Source of the DNA: Raja brachyura
Taxonomy: Eukaryota
Assembly (NCBI GenBank): GCA_963514005.1
Contig: OY740784.1
Span: 94,736,001-94,800,000, forward strand
Direction: 5' to 3'
Length of the DNA stretch: 64,000 bases
This document shows positions 35,435-47,889 of this stretch, one piece after another. Under the pieces are notes generated by a model that was given only the letters and a program-made list of their open reading frames with translations, was not told the DNA's origin and made no database searches. Position numbers and translations under genes: made by a program. The first letter of the stretch is position 1, and each line of letters starts with the position of its first letter.

Positions 35435-36447
35435 TGCGGGTTTTGGTTCCCTTTACTCCACTTCGGGCCCAACACCCCGGGTTATTCTCTCCCTTGTCGG
35501 TGGGTCAATCGGCCACCGCTCCACTCGAGCGGTTCCCAAGAGAGAGAATACAACAAAAGGGATTCCCCCGGGTTCTAGACCTCGGAATTATAGTGGGATA
35601 TGATAAAAGGTTGACTTGACCAGAGCGTGCTGATGAGAGAAAACAGAAACCAAGACGGACTCAAAGAAAGTCTAAAATTTACAGGCTTTATTAAACAATA
35701 AGAAATTGAATCTCACCAACACTACATAATACGTGACTAAACTTATGCTTTAAACTAAGACTATGGAAAGAAAACTATCGGGCATATCGTAAAAACTTAC
35801 TTTACACAATTTTACTTACAGTACACCCCCTTTCCCCTTCTTCCCTCAACCTCTATCGATTTCGGGAACTTCACTTGGGTACTTACAGCTTAGATTTGAT
35901 GCAGGGTCCGGAGCCGTCCAGCAGAGCAGAAAAAGGGAGTGAGTCCTTGCTTGGCTCCTGCCTTTATTCCCGAGTTTCTCCTTTGAAACCTCTCAGGTGG
36001 TCCTCTGGACAGCATCTTTCGATGCTGCCCAGTTTCGATCTGGCATGAACAATAGGCTTTCGATGATAATGTGGTTTGCTGATGTCATGATACCTCAGCC
36101 TGATCGTTATCCCATCGCCCATTGTCCCGATGGATGGGTCATCCACGATGGTGATTGGCATGCTGCTGGGCTGTTTACCACCATCTGCTGAGGCTCGGTA
36201 CCTTCCTTTGTCTCTCCAAGATAATCTTGTTATCTCTGTCCCGGCCTTTCCTGTTGCATGGTCATGTAATGCCCAGGCCCACAGACAGGTTTTAAACTGG
36301 TTCTTCCTTAGTGGATTGGGGGTTATTCCTTTGCAGCCAGCAAGTCTGTTTTTAAAAATGTCCATGTCCTTGTCCCAGAGTTCTTCCATAATTTTGGAGG
36401 ATTTGCCCCAATAACTTACAACTTCAGCATCCTGGAGTTGCCCTTCA
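35435..36447 (-). mobile_element. Putative ~1.0 kb solo LTR (retroviral or LTR-retrotransposon)
   Basis: TG...CA ends. On the minus strand a TATA-like gaataaagg (35963-68) lies ~275 bp upstream of AATAAA (35687-92). Composition differs from the flanks; no TSD found. Confidence 0.45.
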
Positions 36448-36499
36448 TAAATATAGTCAGTGAAAAAAAAACTGATTAATCTTTCCAAGGGAAAGGGAG

Positions 36500-36815
36500 T
36501 CTTCCCCATCATTGCCAGGCATGTCAACAAGGCTAGTTTGAACAAGTCACTTCAAATTACCACCAGCACAATTCCAGCAGCACCGGAGATCAAACACTCT
36601 TGACCACTGCTACTCCACCAACAAAGATGCTACTGCTCCACCCCTTGCCCTTTCATTTGGAATATCGGCCCACCTAGCTCTGCGCCGTCTTCCTGCATAC
36701 GATCATCAACTGAAGAGCATTACTCCAGTGGTGAAGATTGTACAGAGCGGGTCAGTGAAGGCAGAGGAGAAACGTTGTGACTGTTTGGAGTCAACAGACG
36801 GGGCAATGTTCATTT
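36500..36815 (+). mobile_element. Rex1/Babar APE C-terminal fragment
   Basis: FPIIA..NKASLNKSL.NYHQH...NTLDHCYST...DCLESTD, across frameshifts. Confidence 0.65.
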
Positions 36816-37399
36816 ACTCTCCATGGACCTGATCAAATGTTATTTTTAAGATGAGGAGGAAGGATTGATCAAATAGGTTGGGTTGACAGTACAAGTTGAC
36901 CTCAGCACCCTGGAGTGGGGGAGGGAAGAAACTCCTCTGTAACTGGTGTATTGGTAGTGACTCCTGCAAGTCAATGTGAGCAATTGTCAGGATGTGAATG
37001 GATAGGTCACTAATCCTCACAGTTTGCCACGTTGTTAACGATTTCATAAGGAAATGTGAGGGGGAGTTTGTTTCCACTATGACCATCTGAGTGTTTCCTA
37101 ACCAGAAGTCTTGGATGAACCAGGATGTCCACAATCAACTGATGACCAGATCTCGACCATTCGTGTCGGCCAATACTGCATCGTAAAAGATATTACAGGT
37201 ACGACCTCGGCAAGCCTACTAGGTAAGCGAAGAGTCACTTTTGGTCTAAGCTGGTGGATTGGAGAGACATTAGACAGCCATGATGGGCCTTGCATGCCAT
37301 CACTTCCTACAAGGCAAAACCAAGCGGTAGCTCAAGTGACAGTGACACATCACTCCTGGAAAAGCTCAATATTTTCACTGCTCACTTTAAAAGGGAGAA

Positions 37400-38240
37400 C
37401 ATGGATGATCCTTCTTAGCCCCACATAGTTCCTGACAACATTGTAATCTCAGTCAATGAGGCTAATATCAGAAGATCCTTCAAGATGGTGAATTCTCAAA
37501 AGGCGTCTGGCCCTGATGGTGTAGCTGGTCGTTTACTTAAATCCTGTGTGGATCAATTGGCTGGAGTTTTTGCAGACAACTTAAATATGTCACTATGAAG
37601 TCCCCACTTGCTAAAAGAACATCCATAATGCGAGTGCTGAAGAAGTGCAAGGTGACTTCTATCATCAATGACTACCGGTACTGCCATCCGTGGTGATGAG
37701 CGTTTTAAGAAGTCGGTTATGACAAATATCAACTCCTGCCGTAGTAAGGAACCAAACCCACTACAGTTCACCTATCACCACAATAGATCAACAGGGGATG
37801 TGATCTCACTGCCTCTCCACTTTGCACTGGACAACAAGAACACTAATGTCAGGCTGGTGTTCATCGACTACCGTCTGGTGTTCCCTCTAAATTTATCATC
37901 AAACTCAGGAAATTGGATGTCTGCTTGTCCATTTACAATGCAATCACAAAGCATCACAAAGAAAGCTCATCAATACCTCCACTTCCTTGGAAGATTGAAG
38001 ACATTTGGTATGTGGCCAAATACTTAATCAAAATTCTACTGATGTACAGATGAGAACATATTGACTGTCTGCATCATGGCCTGGTTCAGAAACTCATGCA
38101 CACAGTAATGAAGGAGGCTGCAGAAAGTGTTAGTCTGGTGCATCACAATTATTGACCTCCCCACCATCAAAGGGATCAAATAGACAATTAACAGAGGATA
38201 TCGACGGATATCAAAACCTGTGTTACACACCATTTGACAT
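37400..38240 (+). mobile_element. Rex1/Babar RT fragment
   Basis: KASGPDGVAGRLLKSCVDQLAGVF, NDYR, PLQFTYHHNRSTGDVIS, VRLVFIDY, KKAHQYLHFL. Confidence 0.8.
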
Positions 38241-38270
38241 ACCATGCCTGGTGGCTCCTGTATGTACTTC

Positions 38271-38420
38271 TTAGTATAGTTTAGTTTAGAGATACAGCGT
38301 GGAAACAGGCCCTTTCGGCCCACCGGGTCCGCGCCGACCAGCGATCCCCGCACATTAATACTATCCTATACCCACTAGGGACAGGTTTTACATTTACCAA
38401 GCCAAATAACCAACATACGT
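38271..38420 (-). mobile_element. HE1-like SINE 3' part
   Basis: tttagtttagagatacagcgtggaaacaggcccttt tail. Confidence 0.75.
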
Positions 38421-41068
38421 GTTTAAGAAAGAACTCCAGATGCTGGAAAAACGTTTTTGTCAACCTACATGCCTGTACTTCTTGCACGGAGAATCCATAC
38501 TGTATCAGTGTATTCATTAAGAGATGTGGCTTTTATTAAATTACATTCTGTAAGCAGCAGAGACCCTAGGCCAATAGTTTTTTACACTGTTGATAGATAT
38601 GTACATGAAGATCTATCACCTAGAATTTTGCGCAAACTCAGAGCGTAGTGATGATGAACTGTGACAGATTAGCATTGTGTACATTTTTAGGAAAATGATA
38701 GTGCCCACTCCTTAGGTTTGCATACTACGAAATATTCCATTGGCCTCTGAACAGTTCTGCCATTACCTCTCTGGAACACTATAACCTTATTTCCCTTTAC
38801 CCCAACCCCACTAAAATCAATAGCAATCTAAATTTTCCTGCATTAAAAACAATTGTCTTGGGTCTGCCACTCAGGCTAAAAAATAATTGCCTAAATGCTG
38901 TGGCAACCATTTGATTAAAAAGGATGCATATTACCTAATTGTATTTAAATTATGTGCTAATCAGAACAAATGATCGTGTTATTGATTTGGACAATAAATT
39001 TGCCGCATTCAATTTATAAGGGAAAACCTAATCGTATTTCATTTTTTAAAACTGAAGGATCCAGTTTGGGGATTACTGCAAGCGGGATTCTGGTATGTTG
39101 TGACTCGTTCACTTATCTACATAATTATTGCTTACACACCAGGCTTCCTCAAACACGTCTGACCCTTTGCAATAATCTGATTGCATAATTAACTTTGTTT
39201 CTTTGGCAGAAGTTGAGAGCAACAAACACATTTAGTTTGTCATTTTTAAATCAATTTGCTTTTCGATTTTCAATTGTTAGCTATAATCAGATTTTAAATT
39301 GATTCTGAGTGTCAAGGATCTTGTTAGGGAGATGGGATTGAAGGAAAGTTGTCAAACTTTGTTCAGTTTGCAATGACCTCTACTGAAGGTACCTGCCGGT
39401 CGGTGCCTGTGGTGAGATTTCCCTATTGGAACATATGCATCCAATTTCTCATCTTCCATTCTATGTATTGGTCAGTCTGGGACTCCACTGCACCACTGAG
39501 CTCTCCATAAGGTGCAATTTCCCAGTAGAATCCCCTGACTCTTAAGCTAGGAGTGATCCAGTTAGCCCTAAATCAAGTCCACATTGCTGGCCTGCTGAAC
39601 ATGCCTTCTGGTCATCAGTTTCAGGCAACCCTGGCTCAGACCCATGCCCTGGGCTTGGGCATGGACCATCCCAGGTCTAATCTCAAATGCCTCAAGTTCA
39701 GCTTAATTTTGAATATCCAAGAATCAGAAATGGCATAGAAACAGGCTCTTCAGCCCACCATGTCTATGCTGACCATGCCTATGTACTTATCCATACTAAT
39801 CCCATTTACCAGCCATCTGATTGTTCACCCACTCTTCCTTGTTGACTCAAATGCTCCTCTATATTGTTAACATGTTGTGTGTCTGCCTCCACCACTCACT
39901 GAGGCAGTACATTTCAGATACCAACAACTATCCACATTTCATTCATCCTCACAGATGCACTCGTTTGATAGCACTCAAGGTCCTAAACCGAACACTTAAT
40001 CTGGCCAAACTGGATGCACCTCACATAGACAGCTCAACAAAACTATCACCATACATAAGCATAAACCCCTGCTCAGCACATAATGTGTAGAACAGCCCCC
40101 TGAGTCTATAGCAGGAGCCGCCATTTTGGTGCCATTTTACAGCCCCACTGCCCATTCTACAAGGCCCATTCTACCCACCTCCTCCATTACAGTTGGCCCC
40201 TGAACCGCCGTCCCTCTCCTTGCATTACTTTCTTCAACCCTTGTTCCACAAGTGGTGCCTCCCACTGTCAACCTTGAGGGCACAGAAGATAAGGCCCCTC
40301 TCTCCCCGCCCCCCCGCTTTTCATAATACCGGGAACTTTATCCAGCATCCGTCACCATCCTCCGCGGCTTCCCTCTCTGGGTGGGTTCCCACATCCACGG
40401 CGAGCAAGCCAGGCCTGCTGTTGGGATACGGCTGCAGCTCGCTGGGTCTCCTTTCGCTGCGTGCAGCTCAGTGGGATTCAAGTGCAATGATACAAACCTC
40501 AAGTGTTTGAGAAGCTTCCACAAAGGCTTAGTTCCTCAATGTCTAGTAGTAGCATGATATTGCACGGTGTTTCTTACTCACACCTCCTTTGTATTGACTG
40601 CACCAAGCATCCGTGTGACCTTCAGCACGTATTCCTACATGTGCTCTTACAACAGGAGCAGTGGATGGGCCATCCCTGTCAACATCGAGCAACTTGCACT
40701 AATGGCAAGGTTCTTGCAGTCATTGATGGGGATTGCTGCTCCCACAATCTCAGTTTTCTTTTAACTTTGTCTATCCGCACCAGCCAATTTTTGCCACATG
40801 CTTCAACCACTGTCAGATCCCAGGCACCTTCAGGTAATCTGATTTAGCAGTGAAAGGGATGGTCGACCAGTTAGGCCGATTGGCGTAGTGCATGGACTTG
40901 CTCATCCTACTCTGGCTCCTGATGCCAACTCATATTGGACGCAGATGCTGATCAACCTGACATCCGACCTTGGATCTAAGCAGATAATGGCCTCTATGTG
41001 CAGGGAGGCTTTGATCAGAATTCTCCCACTGCCTGGAATCATCATCCCTCTTATGCCTCCTACCTTAC

Positions 41069-41348
41069 GAAAAAGTATCGATGATAAAGGAAACAGGCCA
41101 TTGTAAGCTGTTATACTGTTTCCTTTATCATTGATACTTTTTCGCATATCTTTCATTCATTGTTCTTTATCTCTCCACATCACCGTCTATATCTCTCGTT
41201 TCCCTGATCCCTAACCAGTCTGAGGAAGGGTCTCAACCCGAAACGTCACCTATCTCCTTCGCTCCTTAGATGCTGCTGCACCCGCTGAGTTTCTCCAGCC
41301 TTTTGTGTACCCTCGATTCTCCAGCATCTGCAGTTCCTTCTTTAACAC
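41069..41348 (+). mobile_element. PLE 3'UTR/pLTR insertion with 5' inversion and intact hammerhead core (41220-41247)
   Basis: 28-bp inverted repeat at 41070-41143; CUGAGGA-A-GGGU-CUCA-ACCC-GAAACGUC; body near-identical to 4845-5045. Confidence 0.75.
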
Positions 41349-42077
41349 TGAAGAACCATGAGAATGTGTTGATTCACTGCACTGTTGCTGAGGCAACAGT
41401 TTTCCTCAGTTTTACTGAGATTACGAACAGAGACAAGGTCAATACATTCCAAAAATGTTGTGAATCATCATACCAGGGTATGATACCAATGAGGTTCACT
41501 TCCCCATTTGGCTGCATATTTTTAAAACAACCTTGATAAAGTGGTCGCAAATTCAATAGTTCTGCTATAACGCATTGGCTGCATTCTTAAGAAATCTTGT
41601 GTTATTGAAAATGATGTTATAAGGCCAATAGTGTTAATAGAGGAAAGGGATTTGCGACTAGAAGATTTCAGACTTGTAATATCACAGTTATTTGTTCCAC
41701 AGCCATTTCAAATGGCTAAAAGTTTATTTTTTTTACTGCAAGCAAAAAATACTCAAGGCTGTATCTTACATTGTTTAGTAAAGTATCCTTGCACAAATGT
41801 CAAAAGAAACAATGGGCTGCAACTTTCAATATTCACTTGTGGTTCAACTAGCTGCTGTGTGCTTAATAGACGACGTTTTTTAATTATTGAGAGGAACATT
41901 TTTTTCCCCTCTATTGTTTAAATCCAAAGCAGTTTTTTCTCTCTTTGTTAACCTCCAAAGTAATTCTTCAGCAATTCTCTAATTCCTAATCAAAGTTGTA
42001 GTATAACCAATTTAGCCAGCATTATGCAAGCTGTGTTCCCTAATTCATCAATCATGTTATATCCAATTCATATTACG

Positions 42078-42167
42078 GAAGATAGTCCCAAAATGCTAGA
42101 GTAATTTAGCAGGTTGGGCAGCGTCTCTGGAGAAAGGGTGACGTTTCAGGTTGAAACCCTTTTTCAG
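42078..42167 (-). mobile_element. PLE pLTR short fragment
   Basis: gggtgacgtttcaggttgaaaccctttttcag is a degenerate hammerhead on the minus strand. Confidence 0.55.
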
Positions 42168-42498
42168 GAAACACACTTTATAGCAGAACCATTTTTATTT
42201 TACAAGGCAGGGCTCATCGAATGGTCATCAATGTACATAGTTTTAAGAATAAACAAATGACCACTTAGGATTCACCTTTATATCAAAATATTGGTTCAAG
42301 GACAAGCAAAATCCAGCTTAAGAAACACTAGAACTTTAAGAAGTTAATCTGACACATGGGCTATGAATAAAATATTGTTAAAGTACTTTTTGAAGAATTT
42401 TATAATGCTGCTTGCTATTTGCTAAATTGACAACCATTGAGTTGAGGGCTGGGTTGTACAACTTGCCAAGGTTATTCGGAGACGGAGCCAGCTACTTA

Positions 42499-42851
42499 CA
42501 GTGGCTTGCAAAAGTATTCATACGCCTTGAACTTTTCCACATTTTGTCACGTTACAACCACAAACGTAAATGTATTTTATTGGGATTTTATGTGATAGAC
42601 CAACACAAAGAGGCACATAATTGTGAAATGGAACGAAAATGATACATGGTACATTGCACGACACACTTTTCAGTTTTTTATATGTAATAAAATTTGGAAA
42701 CCATGTATCATTTTCCTTCCACTTCACAATTATGCACCACTTTATGTTGGTCTATTACATAAAATCCCAATAAAATACATTTACATTTGTGGTTGTAACA
42801 TGACAAAATGTGGAAAAGTTCAAGGTGTATGAATATTTTTGCAAGCCACTA
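42499..42851. mobile_element. TIR-only MITE derived from the Passport-like Tc1
   Basis: TA flanks; both halves align to the TIRs of 10803-12406; transposase absent. Confidence 0.92.
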
Positions 42852-42959
42852 TATGTTTGGCAATGCCAATTGCAGGGGGCTGTGCTCCCATTGAAAGAGT
42901 TAACTTGTGGTAGCTGCTGGAAATAACATGTTCCAAGAGGCTTGTAAGCAGCTAGCTCT

Positions 42960-43275
42960 GGCGGTCACAGTGGCGCAGCGGTAGAGTTGCTGCCTTGCAG
43001 CGAATGCAGCACCGAAGACCCATGTTCGATCCTGACTACGGGTGCTGCCTGTACGAAGTTTGTATGTTCTCCCCGTGATCTGCGTGGGTTTTCTCCGAGA
43101 TCTTCGGTTTCCCACCACACTCCAAAGACGTACAGGTTTGTAGGTTAATTGGCTTGGTAAATTTAAAAATTGTCCCTAGTGGGTGTAGGATAGTGATAAT
43201 GTGCTGGGATCGCTGGTCGGCACTGACTCGGTGGGCCGAAGGGCCTGTTTCCGTGTTGTATCTCTAAACTAAACT
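42960..43275 (+). mobile_element. HE1-like V-SINE, full length
   Basis: A-box tggcgcagcggtag, B-box gttcgatcc, V-domain, tgggccgaagggcctgtttccg tail. Confidence 0.9.
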
Positions 43276-44329
43276 CACTAGAAGTTTCAACTCCATGAAT
43301 TATATATTTAAAGACTCAAGCAATACAATAAGGCAGTCTAAATCTTTTATAACTGACAGTTCCCATTGTAAAGATTTCAGTCAGAGATTTTGAGGCAGTG
43401 CAATATAGTTTAGTGAATGTACAGTGTAAATGCAAACTTGATATGAAATCTATTGCCACTGCCACTTTCCCTTGAAATTAAACGTGATTTGATCAATCTG
43501 TGCAGTGTCCAACTGAAGAAAACCAACCCTTACAGACAAGAATTTCTGATAATGTTCTGTGATAACTATGTAAGCACAAAAGCCACCAGTTGACAGATCT
43601 TGGGGAATACATCATCTGAATCTATTGTGAAGAAACTATTGTGGTCACCTGACCTGCACCTGCCTAGGAGTCAGAGCAGTTAATCTTCTTGAGTCTTCCC
43701 CGGCGGGAAGGTATCACTGTCTGGAAATCCATCCTGTGCTTGATACTACATGGTAGCATCAGGACATTGTACTCGGAGGCAGTGTATGATGTGTTAATCT
43801 GTTATAAAGTGCATTTAGCACATCGCTGAGAGATGCATTTTGATGCCCAATGTCGGTTCACTGTGTGTAAACAGGAGCTGTTTCGTTTCCCTGTCATTTA
43901 AAGTAAAACCGGCATTTATTGTCCTCTTCTGGCAATTGTTGAAGTGGTTAGCCCATTCAGTCATATCAGCCATGCAATTAAAAGCAAACTATTCAATTAT
44001 CACATTGAATGGCAGTGCTGGCTCTAAGGGCCGAATGGCCTACTCCTGCACCTATTGTCTATTGTTTATATTGCGATGGATCTAGAATGACATTCAGGTC
44101 AGGTTGAATTAATTTAAGAGATTTCCTTCTGTACGGACTATAATGAAATGAACCAGAAACCACACAGTAGATCAAACAGGGTTGATGTTTCAGTTCAGAG
44201 ACTATCAACCGATGGATTTGATTAGTAAGGGTATCAGGGGTTATGGGAAGATCATCATTACAGAGACTAGATTTCTATTCCAGATATATTTAATTATCCA
44301 CTTGACTTTGTGGGATTCAGGACTGTAAA

Positions 44330-44535
44330 GTCATTTACGCGTCACGCAGATGGCACACAAAGATTTCGTACATCCCAAAGTCCTGGGACGCCGCGCGCGA
44401 CCGCGTGTCACTGCCTATGTCACCGCGCACCATGCGCGCATCATGTGCGTGTCACAACGTGCGTTTCGTGCATCGTGACGCGTAAATGAAGTCACGTAAA
44501 TTATGCGCAAATGACGGCCAAGTGGGACAGGCCCT
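44330..44535. mobile_element. Harbinger MITE variant (left TIR missing), CpG-rich interior
   Basis: Ends AAGTGGGACAGGCCCT followed by TAA; internal IR catttacgcgtcacg / cgtgacgcgtaaatg. Confidence 0.7.
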
Positions 44536-45684
44536 TAACTCTGTACTAATACTTATTATTGATACTGTTCCAGTAAGTTAACCATTGTGCCACCTTCCTG
44601 GGGAATACGGATCGTATAAAGGCTGGAATATTTTATGAAAGCTAACTTTCTGTTTAAGTTCCATTGACTTCACAATAATTGTACCAACAAATCCATACAA
44701 CCAGATAAATTTGTAAACCAACTAGCTTTTACACAAGCTATGCAATCCATTTTTCTTTCAATTCATTTTGATAGAAAATGTGAAAATATCAAGTCATTTC
44801 TCCATTTATTTCTATTAGTCAGAAAATTCCAGCACAGACTGGAATCTCAGACTGGCTCTCTGCACATCACAGCATCCTCAGTGGAGGAGCCAACCTGATA
44901 GTAATGTTTAGTGAACAAGGAACAGGAATTGATAGAAGCGAAGAACAAATAATTCTGGATTAAACCCATACACATAGCACCGTGAGCATTGCACAGATTT
45001 ATCAGAAGCCAAGGACTATGTGCAGCAAATTTTCGTGGCTGGGCATCCCATGCAAGATCCAGATAATGGTGCTTATTAAATGATGGTTGACACCAACATT
45101 TAGGGGTAATCTGAGAACACTGAACCTAGTAAATGGGAAGGGCTTGTGGGAAATATCTCTTAATAAATAATACCCAACATACCCAACATAGGGCTAACGG
45201 AATCAATGGATATAGGGAGAAAGCAGGAACAGGGTACTGATTCTGGATGATCATCCACGATGATATTGAATGGTTTGAAGGCCCGAATGGCCTACTCCTC
45301 CACCGATTTTCTATGTTTCTATACCAATGGATCATTGTGACCTACTCAGGTCCGGCAAATAGCAACAGTTATTAGCTGCAGGAGAATCCATTTGAAGGCC
45401 TTCCTTGCCAATATCACCATGGCAACAAATTCATGGCCTATAATTCTATGAACTAACAGTAATTTGAGAGTGACCTATACGGTGAAGTGAAAATTCTGTT
45501 ATGTATTATATCCCTAGAGCTTTATATATTAATTTTATTACATTAATCTGATAACATCATGTGAATTCAAGCATTTAAATACTTGTAAACTGTGTTTCTA
45601 AATTGAGTTTCTGGATGTGTCCATGAATTAGAGGACCCAAATTTACCATATGGGGTAAGAGACCAGCAGTCCCCACATAGTAAA

Positions 45685-45808
45685 GCTATCCTACACAGGT
45701 CACGGGGAGACTGTACAAACTCCATACAGGCAGCACCCGTGGTCAGATTGAACACCGGTGTCTTACGCTGTAAGGCAGCAGCTTTACCACTGTGCCACTA
45801 TTCCGCCC
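45685..45808 (-). mobile_element. V-SINE 5' part
   Basis: cacggggagactgtacaaactccatacag...taaggcagcagc. Confidence 0.7.
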
Positions 45809-46074
45809 CCTGTTTCCAAGCTATAGGACTCTATCCTCCATATCTGAACAGGATGTTTGACCAATTAACAAGGAATCTGACTGCAAACTCCGTCTATCAA
45901 CAAATGCAAGAAACAATTAATTGAAAGCAATCTTGTGTTAATTTAAAATTCCACGGGGCAAAATGGTCCCCATATTTATACTGTGATGGGAATTGAGTGG
46001 AAAAATGCACAGATATTCTGGTAAGGCATGATGAATTGACTCTTGGTAAGCCATTCACATTTTTTTTAAACCCA

Positions 46075-47665
46075 TATCCTGAGCAGAATTAGGCCATTTG
46101 GCTCATTAAGTCTACTCCGCAATTCAATCATGGCTGATCTATCTCTCCCTTCTAACCCATTCTCCTGCCTTTTCCCCATAACCCCGGACACCCATACTAA
46201 TCAAGAATCTATTTATCTTTGCCTTAAAAATATCAATTGATTTGGCCTCCATAGCCTTCTGTGGCAATGAATTCTACAGTTTCACCTCTCATTAACTGGC
46301 AGTCACCCAGAAAAAGCCCCCTTTATTGCCTCTTTGCCTTCTGCCATCCAGCCACCTGTTATCCATGCTAGTATCTGCCCTTTGATACCAATGGGCTCTC
46401 ATCTTCCTTAGCAGCCTCACATGTAGCACCTTATCAAAGGCTTTCTGAAAATCTAGGTTAACAAGATCCACTGACTGTCCTTTATCTGTCCTGCTATTTA
46501 CTTCTTCAAAGAATTCCAGTAGATTCGTCAGGCAAGATCTCCCCTTCGCAAAACCAGGTTGACTTTGGCCTATTTTTTTCATGAACGTTTAAATATTCCA
46601 TAACCTCATCCCTTCTAGTCTATACATAACTAAAAGTATTTGTCTTGTTTGAGCCTATGACGTGTCTCTGTGTCAATCTGGTTGATTCCTATCTTCTTCC
46701 AAATGCTAGGCCACAGTCTTCACATTTTCATACATCCTACTCACATGTATCCCGTGGTGGCGATAAACATCTTCCTGTCATATTTTCACCTATATTCCCA
46801 AAGTTATTTGTGATTAAAGCTTTAAAAATGCCAACTTTAACATGATTTTTACAGTTAAAATCCTTCCTCCCAGCTTTCAACACATATTGATACAAAGTTG
46901 CGAGAGGAACACTGAATTTCATCTCAATAGGATATTTCAACAGGAGGGGGAGGGCCAATTGGTATTGCAATTGGAACTGCTGCAGCTGGCAGGGGAGGTA
47001 CAATTGGAATTTTTTTAAAGCCCACTGCTGAGGGAGGCAGGGGAGTGCTGGAATCTTACGTTCGGGGACGGCTTCAGTTGCATTGGGGGAACGGGTTAGT
47101 GGCGGAATATTGCATTGGGGGTCCACGCCATTGGGGGAGCATACCCAACGGGTCTACACTTGGTCTAGTGGACTCTAAAATTTTACCAACCACCGAAGTC
47201 AGACTAACCGGCCTATAGTTTCCACTATTCTGCTTTGCTCCCATCTTGTACCGCAGAGTAATATTGGCAATTTTCCAATTGTCTGGAACCACTCCTGACT
47301 CTAGCGATTCCTGAAATATCACTATTAATGCCTCCACAATCTCTAAAGCCTCCTTTTTCAGAACGTTAGGGTGCAGTCCATCGGATCCAGGTAACTTATC
47401 GACCTTCAGCCATTTCAGCTTCCCAAGCAGCTCCTTAGTAATAGCCACTCCACTAACGTCTACCCCTGACTCTCTTAAATTTCAGGCACATTGCTGGTGT
47501 CTTCCACTGTGAAGAATTATGCAAATAAGTTATTCAATTCCTCTGCCATTTCTTTATTCCACTTTATCACTCTCCTGCATCATTTTCAAGTGGCCCAACG
47601 TCCACTCTTGCCTCTTTCTGGCTCTTTATATAACTGAAGAAAGCCTTGCTGTCCTTCTCATACTG
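46075..47665 (-). mobile_element. CR1 fragment (internally deleted), interrupted by a Helitron
   Basis: [48 protein letters not shown]. Confidence 0.85.
46619..47168 (+). mobile_element. Non-autonomous Helitron
   Basis: 5' TCTATACATAACTAAAAG; 3' hairpin (accc-aac-gggt) about 10 bp before terminal CTAG|T; no TSD; splits CR1 sequence ccttctag|tggactctaa. Confidence 0.8.
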
Positions 47666-47889
47666 GCCCACTCCTCGCACCTGTTGTCGCCAGTGGCACA
47701 CTCCACCTCGACTCTCTGGTCTTCGGGCTGAGCTCAGCAGTTTTCAAGCTTCTCCCCTGCAGGCCATGGCCCGCCATGACTTGTTCCGCAACACATCTGG
47801 GGAGCCTTCTGTTGTCACATGGTGCATCCCGGGAGCTTTCTGCCATCATGTGGTGCTACCCTTGATATTCCACAGCAATACAATTACTT

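Noticed and set aside
35630-35652. CTGATGAG..GAAAC as a hammerhead
   Set aside because: The intervening bases cannot form stem II.
36448-36545. Signal-peptide-like N-terminus (MFKLALLTCLAMMG) of the 193-aa ORF
   Set aside because: It derives from antisense Rex1 and flanking sequence outside the proposed LTR, and starts at a non-ATG codon.
40500-40850. Possible RTE-like C-terminal fragment
   Set aside because: Too degenerate to assign by eye.
46737-47126. 129-aa ORF in the Helitron as a captured gene
   Set aside because: Low-complexity translation of caattg repeats with no domain or splice support.
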